From positions 496,001-560,000 of the forward strand of contig JAQGDQ010000027.1 of NCBI GenBank assembly GCA_030141605.1: 64,000 nucleotides of DNA, read 5' to 3'. Position numbers and translations under genes: made by a program. Below are positions 12,702 to 34,700 of the stretch, in pieces. The DNA comes from Tubiluchus corallicola (taxonomy: Eukaryota > Animalia > Priapulida). Each line of letters starts with the position of its first letter. The first letter of the stretch is position 1. Under the pieces are notes generated by a model, which ran no database searches, was not told the DNA's origin, and was given only the letters and a program-made list of their open reading frames with translations.

Positions 12702-14657
12702 ATGGCCTCTCAGAAGATACTGACAAACTTTTATCCATCAAGAAAAAAGGCAAAGCCTGAAAAATTTTCTTCAAAAACAGGCCAACAGAAGTGTGATGCT
12801 GCTGTACCGTCTGTAGCTGGAATACGAAAAAGTGCAAGGTCACAAAAAGATAAGTTGTATACAGGGAACAATGTAGAGCCTATCGCAAATATTGTGCTAC
12901 CTGCGTTGAAGCCAGTATCACCAACAAAAATGCAACAAAAGACTAAAATTTGTGGAAATAATAAATCCTTTTGCACCACAGAGTCTTTATTAGCCTCACC
13001 AAAAAAGAAAGCAAAACGAGAAAATAATAAGAAAGATGAAGACGATAAACCTACTTGCTCTACAGAGTGTTTGTTAGTTTCACCAAAAAAGAAAGCAAAA
13101 CGAGAGAACAAAAATCGTTCACATCTCCATATAGCACCCGAAAGAGAGGATTTAGAACAAGAGACCAAAACTTTTGTGGCTAAGGTTAAAAAATCTGATG
13201 TTGCTGCTTCTAAGAGTGAAGTAAACTCAGGTAGTGTTAACGAAATGCTGGACAAGAAGAAAGTTTCTTACACTAGTACATCATCTGATGTCGTAACCAA
13301 ACCTAAAACCAATTTAAATGTTGATCAGAGCAATGCCAGGAAAACAAAAGTGCCAGCACATGAAAGATTCGAACATCTAATTGCTCCAGTACAGAAGTTA
13401 AATACAAAACTTTCAAGGAAACAAACTGTTACCGTCGAAGTTCCGCGTAAACCGGAGCAAGCAGAACTAGTGTCAGAGTCATCTAAAAAAATTCCAGCTC
13501 ATGAAAAGTTCCAACATTTAGTTACTCCTGTGCCGCCATCATTGACTCTGCCTCACACATATAAGTTGCTGGGTGAAATGTTTCGATGTGTTGACACCAT
13601 TGTTGGTATGCTACACAACAGAATGGAAACTGCAACCTACAGCAGAATTAAAAGTGGGGTTCAAGAAATGTGCAGAAAAACATTTGAAATCACTACTTTG
13701 GGAAAAATAAAGAAGGTGTACCCGACTGCATATGCATTTAGACAAGAGAAAGGTCTTCCCTACTTTGGCAACAGTATGAAAACTGGTGATTACCAACTTA
13801 CTGTCGAACCAGTTATTGAAGACCAAATCAGAAAAAATGATACTAAGTCCAATGAGGGCTCATTTGCTTCTCGGTCTCAGTTAACAGCTAGTATGCAGCT
13901 TAGTAGACGGAAAATTTTTCATGCTCAATTGATTAACGTAGTTAAGGCATACCATAAAGTCTGGTTAGCTAACTTGGAAAAGCCCCTTTCAGTGCCTGAT
14001 GATAAAATAACAAGGTGGCATCCAAAGTTTCCTTTAAATGATGTGCCAGATATAGAGCCCGTGGAGCTGCCACAACCACCCGTTGAAGAAAAATATGAAA
14101 CTGCTCAAGCTGTGCTTAATAAGGCACAAGGAATGCTAAGCAAACGGGCCCAGGCAGCATTACAGCAAGTAGCGAAAGAAGAAAATATCAAAAATGAGCC
14201 CAAGGTTGCACAGACAGATTTACCTGATTCTCAAAAGAAACCAGCTGTACCAGTTGGTCCGGCATTAAATGGAATCTCTACAGCTTTGCTGGAAAAGATT
14301 AGAGCAAAAGAGGCAGAAAAAACGCAAAGAGCCATGGTGCGTTCAGAATCCGAAAACAAAAAACTTGCCATGATGGCTCGTTTGCCCGAAATGTGCCGCA
14401 TTCTACGAACTTACATTATTACGGAGAAGAAGTCTGCTGTTTCTTTAGAAGGAGCTGTAGAAAAGCTGACAGATAGTTACCATTCTTCAATCACACAAGT
14501 GGAAATTACTGCTCATATACATTTGATGGCTGAGTTAGTTCCAAGGTGGCTTACTATAACAAAAGTCAGGAAAGGTGTCTTCCTTAAAATTGACAAAAAT
14601 AAAGATGTTCAAGTTGTATGTCAGTCTATCAACAAGCTAATTCGAGAAAAGCAGTAA
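12702..14657 (+). CDS. CDT1: DNA replication licensing factor Cdt1; single coding exon
   Basis: 651 aa; N-terminal PIP-degron-like QKILTNFYPSRKK, geminin-binding domain (LTLPHTYKLLGEMFRCVDTIV...TRWHPKF), ALLEKIRAKEA and C-terminal winged helix (RLPEMCRILR...LVPRWL). Acceptor (ttttctttatcag) ends at 12676. Confidence 0.93.
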   Translation: MASQKILTNFYPSRKKAKPEKFSSKTGQQKCDAAVPSVAGIRKSARSQKDKLYTGNNVEPIANIVLPALKPVSPTKMQQKTKICGNNKSFCTTESLLASPKKKAKRENNKKDEDDKPTCSTECLLVSPKKKAKRENKNRSHLHIAPEREDLEQETKTFVAKVKKSDVAASKSEVNSGSVNEMLDKKKVSYTSTSSDVVTKPKTNLNVDQSNARKTKVPAHERFEHLIAPVQKLNTKLSRKQTVTVEVPRKPEQAELVSESSKKIPAHEKFQHLVTPVPPSLTLPHTYKLLGEMFRCVDTIVGMLHNRMETATYSRIKSGVQEMCRKTFEITTLGKIKKVYPTAYAFRQEKGLPYFGNSMKTGDYQLTVEPVIEDQIRKNDTKSNEGSFASRSQLTASMQLSRRKIFHAQLINVVKAYHKVWLANLEKPLSVPDDKITRWHPKFPLNDVPDIEPVELPQPPVEEKYETAQAVLNKAQGMLSKRAQAALQQVAKEENIKNEPKVAQTDLPDSQKKPAVPVGPALNGISTALLEKIRAKEAEKTQRAMVRSESENKKLAMMARLPEMCRILRTYIITEKKSAVSLEGAVEKLTDSYHSSITQVEITAHIHLMAELVPRWLTITKVRKGVFLKIDKNKDVQVVCQSINKLIREKQ

Positions 14658-16614
14658 ACAGAGTGTACCTTTTGCGTGTCAGATAAATGTCTATAACTAT
14701 GGCAATTTTTTTAATGTAATCTATAGTCTTACCACTTGAAAGAAGACCAAAAGTTGTATGTAGTTTTTTTCTTAGGATGGAGTTAGAGTTGTAAATAGAC
14801 ACATTTTCAAATTGTACATGTATTGGCTACAAATGTAATATTAGCCACAATATTATTACTCACATGATTGTACAAACTGATAAGCTGGCTTCTGTATCAA
14901 AGCTTTACTTTACAGCATTATGCATTAAAATCAATAGATACATACAAGTCACAAATACAGTTAAAAGTTGTTAGATGACTTTTAGATGATCTTGTCACGT
15001 GTGAATGTATTTTGGAGGCAGGTCTTGGAGTTGAGATTTTGTGGTCTTGGAGTATTTCTGACTTTGATAAAAAACTGTAGAAATAATTATCGAGATTGTA
15101 TTTTGTTACATAGTCACTGGAAGATAACAAAAAAAAGAAATTTTGTTGAGCAGTAATAAAGCAGTAATGTTCAAATGGACATTTAATTGTAAACTATTGC
15201 TGTACAACATTTTTCAGTGTGCCTTTCTGTCACAGTTATCTTGCAGAATGTAAATCATTGACTACTCACATCTTTAATAACATTGTAACCAGATGAATTA
15301 AATCTGATATAACCATGTTCATTTTTTAGTTTAGCTATTGAAGAAAAGTGTATATTTTGCTAAGAAATTTTAAAACAATACAGCTGATTTAACTTGTATG
15401 TAACAGTTTTATATTTTTATAATTATGATACCGTTAATTTTTGTACGACTATGATATAAAAAATCATTTGTAATTAAAATTGCACTAATATTTTTAATTA
15501 TGGAAGTTAAGTAGTTAACTGAATAATATTGTTTCTTATAGTCTTTGGCATGCTTAGGAACTTTTGAATCAAGTATTCTTGTATGCGTGATGCAAATAGT
15601 TAGTTTACTGTATATAGATATCTTTCTTATTAGATGTTTCTTATATTTTTGAAGTTTCTTTTTCAGTGATTCACTAGTTTATGAGAACAGGATAGTGTAA
15701 ATGATACTTTTTGATGTCCTTACTGAAAGAAATTTTGATAATAAATAATTATTAGCTTTAGGTGTAAAGGAAATTTTTGTTTCATTGTTTAATGTTTTTA
15801 CTGGTCATTTGCATGTTTATGAAATGAAATGGTGCATGTAGTATTTGGCTAAGGTGGCTGCACTTTAACTCTCATGATTTGTACAACAGCAATGACAAAA
15901 TTAATAGCTAAAAATTAACTCTCTTATTTTAATTACGTTGCAGATCATCATTAAATGCTACATGTCACTTCGCAAAATAAACTTAGTCTTGAAATATGTA
16001 ACGATTTACTACTTTTTAATTTTTTTTGTATACATGTAATTGACATGGTCAAAGTTATTTTTATTTTTCTGATGTGATTTTTTAAAAGTTTTTCTAGTTT
16101 TCCTTAATGTTAATTATTGCAGATGACAATATTGGTAGAGGAAACACTACTAATAACACAAGTAGTTTCCCTTTAATTATTATTCATAAAGTAATGACAA
16201 CTATTGGTAAAAAAGTGGTGTATTGTAGTAAGGTACATTTGTAATAAGATTTAGATGAGAAAAAGTGCTATAATGTCTATAGTGAACTCAGTCAAACCCT
16301 TCAGAATTGCTGTTCTTTGTTCAACTTTAATAGTCAACAAACTTTTTTCACTGTTTCTTTCTAATTCTAAGAAGAGTCGCAAAAATTGATTCATGCTTTT
16401 TTAGAATGAAAATACAAATATAGGCTGTATTAATAATGCATGTAGTACAGTAATTAGTAACACGTTTTTTTTATAATACTGTGTAGTGGGTAATGCATTA
16501 GGGCTTAGCAGAGACTTGACTAACAGTTAAATGACAATTGCGAAGATCCCTGGTATTGCTTCTTGTCGGACTCTAATGACGGTCGTGCTGATCGTTTTTA
16601 TTATTTTGATTGAC

Positions 16615-27675
<11,061 letters not shown>

Positions 27676-28779
27676 TCAGCAGATTCCAGTTCTGTTTCTC
27701 AGGGAACATTTGTATTTATTTGCAAGAGTTTTATGTCAAGTGATAAGTACATGTACTCTAACTAATGAACAATTTGAAGAGTTTTTGCGATTTTTGTGCT
27801 TGTGTTTTTCTGCATAAACTGGTAGATTAAAACTGGTGAGAAATCAGAAAATGCATAAAAAATTTCCTTGGCAACTAAAATACGTTACTGCTTCATTTCC
27901 GCGTGCATTTAGTAACTAGGGAAACTAGTAGATACAAAAATAGTCAGCAATTTGTTTATAAGATGTCTTTTTGAAATAAACACCTTAAAATAGATATATA
28001 TACAATTTATTCACCAATTCGTTTCAATTTCAATGTTAACAATCATGAAATCTGCATTTACATAGACATTACCAACCATTGTGGTAACGTAATCTATGTA
28101 CACATGTATGTCAAATAAATAGCCCTTTTCTGTGTTAATGCGCTGAACCACGGCACAAATACTTGTATTTCTGTCTCAGTTCATCCTTTAAAAAGTTTTA
28201 TTTACATTGCCAGTCCTATATAACACTGATGCAGTCTAAATACTTCTGCAGTATAACAAACTGCTTTGCAAGACTTATTAGTACCATACAGGTAATATTA
28301 ATTCGTTTATTAAAGTAAATCACACGTTATGTTTCTTTTTGATTTAGCTATCCCTATATTATCAGTGAAAATTGTACATGTGGTTGGTAACACTGATTTA
28401 ACCAGAAATGTACAATAAATGTACCGAACACTGAAATCAATGACTTAAGGTACCAAAGTGAGAAACCATTGGTATATAATATATTTACATACAAAAACAT
28501 TTTCTTAAGTATCACATACAGCAGTGTAGCAACACAAAATATACATTTTACAAACATCCTCTTCGTAGGCCTATAAGATTTGTGCACTAAAACGATAAAC
28601 CTTTTACAAGACTGAACAAGCTTTGTAGTATGAGACACTTTGTAAAACAGCAGAATGTTGCTTGAACATGAGGCAATTATTTAAAACAAAATTAAACCTT
28701 CCGACAAATCGTGCAACAGCCCTCCAAGACAACTAATTACGTTCATAAGACACAAAACACATGACACGAATAATGAACA

Positions 28780-31700
28780 TCAGTCAATTTTTACAGCAGC
28801 ATAAATTTTTCTAATAAAAAAGTAAGCGGCATAAAATCCTATAGTTCCAGTTAGCAAAAAGAATGTGAACACCATGATGAAGGTGTAGCCAAAGTACAAC
28901 AAAGTAGGAATGAACTCTGTGATTTCCAACTGAAACAAATAAAAATAAAAATTCATTAGACATACTATACATCAATTCACTTTCTAACAATTTTGGAATC
29001 TTATTACATAGCTTTAATTGACTTAAGTCTTGCAAATTTATTACAAGACTGCTGTTTAGAAGTTTTTTAGTAATAATTGTAAGTGCAAACAACAAATGAA
29101 CTCAACTCACCTTATTCACAAAGTAGAACAAAGAATAAATGAAGACATATACTGCAGAACCGCCACTAACAATGAACGACCGCCACCACCAATGATAATC
29201 CTGAAAAATCGGTAAAATGGCATTTAAAGAAAATTAGTGTGGTGTAAATCAAGTTTCTATAATGTTGACTGCTATACTATTATCCTAGTGTTCTTTCCCC
29301 AATAGCCAAGTCGAGATAACATGTAACTGACGTATGACATTACAAGTGTCTGCTTCATCTAAAATCCTACCATATCAAGTTATGTCACGCTGTGACGCGG
29401 CACATATGAGTGTTCAGCCTAGCGGAACTTCTTCGCTTAATTTTTTTTATGGTTATGTTAAAATGCTCAAATATTATCAGTCACAACTGACAAAGATGTC
29501 TATCTAAGCACAATTAACTTTAATGTTTGACCACGAAGGTCATGAACATTTTAGTTCTGAGGCACTTTCCAACAACAAATCATACTTTCTAAGATTGGTG
29601 AAACTTGATTGCTGTGTCAGATACTGCCATTAGGCAATTTCAGCAAGACAGTTCTGAAGACCGTCGTGATTATTATCATCATCCACAGTCACAATCAGTC
29701 AATACATAAGTAGTTAACAGCGGACTACAGTAATACAGTAAGATGGTAAAACGATGCGACGATAGCGATTCATACCTCTGCGCATAACTGGAAGTAAACC
29801 ATGACAATGGAAATCTGCGAGCACGAAATGACGAGAATGATAAATACGAGAAACAAGAATCCAAATAGATAGTAGAACTGGTTATCCCAAATTGCCTGCA
29901 AACAAAAAGCATGAAGTTTAAACTTTACTACATGATTAGCTGCATATTTTCCAGTCAGTTCAATGGCTCATGTCAGAGGATTGTCTTTGATAATGAGTTA
30001 TGTTTTGATCCCTCAGTGCACAGTGTAAGAGGCATATTTTCCAGTCAGTTCAATGGCTCATGTCAGAGGATTGTCTTTGATAATGAGTTATGTTTTGATC
30101 CCTCAGTGCACAGTGTAAGAGGAAATGAAAGACCTGCTATACTTAAAAGTTATCACAAATTAGATATAAATATACTTTTACTATTTAACCATTATAATAT
30201 TTAACCTGGTTCCTAAAAATCTTTCCACTTTTTGATGTCAAAATCAGAAATTAATGAAAGGTCTTGAACTAATCAAGATTTCATAATGATTAAGAAACTA
30301 GTATGAATCACAGCCCTGTCTATTTATGATCCTCAAAGTTGTCAAAGGTGGCAACACCAGATTTTAAAACAAATGTTCTTAGTTCAAAATTTCATGCTCT
30401 TTCTCACGCCTTCTGTTGGTTTTGATCATTAATAAAACCTTTACAAAATATCACCACAAATCATAGTAATTAAATTGATTGCATTTTCAATGGTGTTCAT
30501 CTCCCAATACCATTACCAATTAATGACACGTTAATTAATAATTAACTGTAAACCATTTTAGCTTCGAGAGAGCTTCGAGGGAGTAAAGATATCACAAATA
30601 ATAATAGTTCACACAAATTACAATATTTTTTGCCATTTGTATGGAAAAACAACAATTCTTGTATACTCACAGAAAATATAAAAAAAAGCTCAATAAACAT
30701 GGCACCAAAGGGTAGAATTCCTGCCATTAATGTGCTAAAAGATACAAGAAACAAAACAATGTTAAAAACAAACGACCTCCATTATCTACACATATTCATA
30801 ACATCATATTTAATACGTATATTTAAATATCCACAAAATTCACAACATTATTATTATATTACTGACATGCAAACTATTCATACATAATTCAATTATAATT
30901 GACATGTTATAATCTATTTAATGAGGCTTTCATAAGCCAAAATTGCTGTAAGGTTATTAAATGATATTTACCTCAAAATAGGATTCATGTACCAAGGGCT
31001 TTCAGGTACTTGGCGTGGAATCTGATTTGTTCGAACAGGATGTTCATACGGCTGTAATAAACATAATTTTAATCAAATACACTAATAATTATCAACAGAC
31101 AAATGATACAAAATCTATGAGAATTTGTTATTAAACAAATAAATAAGAGCAGCCTTGGATGAACAAAAACATCATGTGCTTAGGGCCTCAGGGAAAGATG
31201 GCCTACACTGTTTTATCAAATTGAATAATCAACAAAAATTAAAGTAGACCTGAATAGCTGTGGCGGTTTCTGTGTCTGTTTACGATATGGCTGTAAGGAT
31301 GGGCATCGAGATTCTGGCTACTGAGCAGCACTGCCCACATGATGACATTGATTAAATATATAATGTGTCATGAAATATTTCAAGTGTGGCAATGCTTATG
31401 GAAATGTGGTGATACAAAAACAGGATAATGTTGCTTTTGACTGTTTTTATCACATGGTGGCGATGACAATTACGTGACTACTGTAAATAAATCTCCATTT
31501 TATTTAAAATTTCATTTTATATTTTAGTACTGTTTTTATTCTGAACTACACATACGAGGAGGTACCATAATCTTTAGGTGCTTAGGGCCTCTTGAGGTCT
31601 TAATCTTGTCCTGGAGAACAGGAGTGCAATAACCTATTATACAGTAATTATTAACAGTAGAATGCTGCAAGGTCCACAAGGCTAAACAAATAAATGAGAT

Positions 31701-34700
31701 GGGTAAAAGCAAGCACTAAGCATAGCACAACTGCATTTCTAACAATAACCCACCTGTTTTCTGAAGCCAAAATAATAGCCAATAAAAGTAAGAGGGAGTT
31801 GAATTCCTAACCAAAGGCAAACCAATATCAACATTGTGGTAAATGGTACCTAGAAAACAACAAAAACTTAAAGTTACTCTCCAGTTTGCTTGGCATAACA
31901 TTAGCAATAAAAATCAACAGAACTCTATAATTGAATATTTAGCCGTGTCAGATATTGCCTTCAGGCAGTTTCAGCAAGTTTTTTATGAAGACCGTCGTGA
32001 TTGTTATCATCATTCACAGCCTTTGATGCAAACTCTAATGTAGCGAGGAAAGCAATATAATTTGGTTAATTAAATACTGACATAGTTCCACGTATTTTAT
32101 TACTTTCTTTACGATACAAAGAAATAGTTATGCAGACTAAGTCAAGAAATGCGGACAAGTCAAGTTATGATAGACTTCGATAAGTTTACTAAGAACTAAA
32201 AGCAATGGTAGCAACATTCAAAAATGAGATTTTCTGATACCTCACTTGACAGAATTTCAGTTTAAACTGAGGCAATTAATTTTCTCAGAAATCAAAAGTG
32301 ACCAAATTTTAAGCAAACTTTCATAACAATGTTGCGGTGGTGAATTCGAACGCCTACAGGGTCAAACCCAACAAATCTTCATCAAAAGCTGTAATTACCG
32401 TTTATCATCCAAAATAGCACAAAATTACAAAAATTAATTTTATTTCCAAGAATCTGCTGCTTACTTCCTCCCTCCCAATTTATATTTAACATTACATTTA
32501 AAAAAAACTGCTTTTCAAAATTTTCCCATCAGTTGGTATTTCATTACATAGGATCACAGACTTCATACATGCTCCGTAAAAATCTACAAAATCATCTCTA
32601 CTTCTGATTTACAGTCATGAAAACTGAAACAGTAATAGTCTTACACTGACATAAATGATTTTTATAACAAAAATTGTACTTACAGCGCCAGACGATCGCT
32701 TTCCCCAAATAAAGAAATTGAGAAAGAATGCTTCACCCAACACGATGCTTGGATACAAAATAGCAGTCTAAAATTGCAAAAAGTTAAAAAAAGCAGTGTT
32801 ACACTTTAAAATCTTCCAGAATTTCAGCTATTTAAGCTTACATATAAAAAGCTTACGATTATTTACACATTTACACTAGAAATATTAAACTTTGGATAAC
32901 AGCTTTAAAAAAATGCAGATTTTAGTGAAGAATTTACCTGGACCAGAGATATGAAACCAGTTTTACACCGTAAAATGTCACAAGACCATTAGACTGCCCA
33001 AACAAAGGTGTGATAAGCTCATAGACTGCCAAAATATCTGTTTTGTGTCACAATAATGTAAAATGCCCTTCTAGACATGTTGGTTATCCCAAAGTTAAAA
33101 TTTCCAAGGAACATTGTACCTGTATAGCAGCTCTTTTCCACATGCTACCCCGCATGGTTTTGTAAAGTCTAGCTGCAAAGTATCCGGCAATAAGTCCCAT
33201 AAATACGTACAGAAATATGACTGCTGTCATCAGTGCTCCACGAGATGACGGTGACAACATACCCAACATGGCAAAACCTGATAAAGACAACAAGAATACA
33301 TGTACCATATTTATTAGTCATGGTCGTAACAAGACAAAGCCACACAAGTATTAGTCAGAATTACTTGTTCGGTTGCAGCACATAACAGTGATATATACAA
33401 TGCAAATGTGTACGTACGAAATAAATGCTCCATCATATACAAGAGACACTCCAAAAATGTGAACAGTAAAGTGCTTATTCAGAAAAAATGACACAAAATG
33501 ATACAGCAAAATAGTTTGTAATAAACCTCCTAAAAACCATTTATCTGTGTTGGTATAACAAAAACAAATTAAAAATATAAAGATGCATGAAATTGTGCAC
33601 AAGAATAACAGATTGGAAATACACAAAGTTGTGCATAATAGAACTTGCTACTATTTAACATATACTTATTTATAAATACAGTAAAACTTCTTTACACCGC
33701 CTACTTTGGGACTGCAAGAAAACTGGCGTTATAACGAGGTGCATTAATATATACATTGGTATGCAAACACAGACATTTTGTTTTGCTAAAAATTTGGGCA
33801 TTAAGGGAGGTTGGCATTATAAAGTGTTCGTTAGAACAAGGTTTGACTGTATTAAGTATTACTATTCGGACAAACCTGCTTTTTGTAGAATATCTAGAGG
33901 TCTTCAAATTTAACTGCATTGCACATTTGTAGGTAGTGATTACAAATATGCATAGCTTCCACTGTGCAACTAGTAAAATTAAAAACATTATCTGCTCACA
34001 GCTTCTTACCACCATATTACTGCTAGGAACAATACTGCATGAGAAACATTGCAAAAAAAACAACACCTGTTCCAACACAACCAACAACAGTAGCTCCAAA
34101 TTCAAATTGAACTGTAAACAAAATTAAATGCACAAACCTATCGTGATAAATGCCATGAAGAAAAGTTGAATGCCTGTTCCAATCAATGCAGAGAAAAGTT
34201 TCGGGTATCGCGGAGGTCTAAACACGTCACCGTGTACTAACTTCCAACCAGTCTCTTCTAAAGTGTCCTCCTGTGAAGTTGAAAATAGATTTTAACATGT
34301 AAAATTGCTCATCTTTACAAATGTTTTTTGTTTTACAATTTGGCATTTTTTGCCTGGACGTTTGTACAAACTTGCTACAAACGATAGCAAATTTTTAACA
34401 TGTAACTAACATGAAATTGGTTGCCTGGTAATAAAATATTTATTGCTTTTATTCTACAATAAATTTCGTTCTGCAATAAATGTTCTACTTATACTTACAA
34501 TGTCTTCATCACGATTGTATTGCGCTATATCACGTCGTAATGTGCGTATGATGATCATAGTAAGTATTCCAGACAGAAAAAATACGACGACCACAGAATT
34601 TATGATACTAAACCAATGTATCTGAACATCGGACATTGCTAAATATGTGTCCCATCGAGATGCCCAACGAATATTGTCTGACTGTGTCCACGTTACATCA

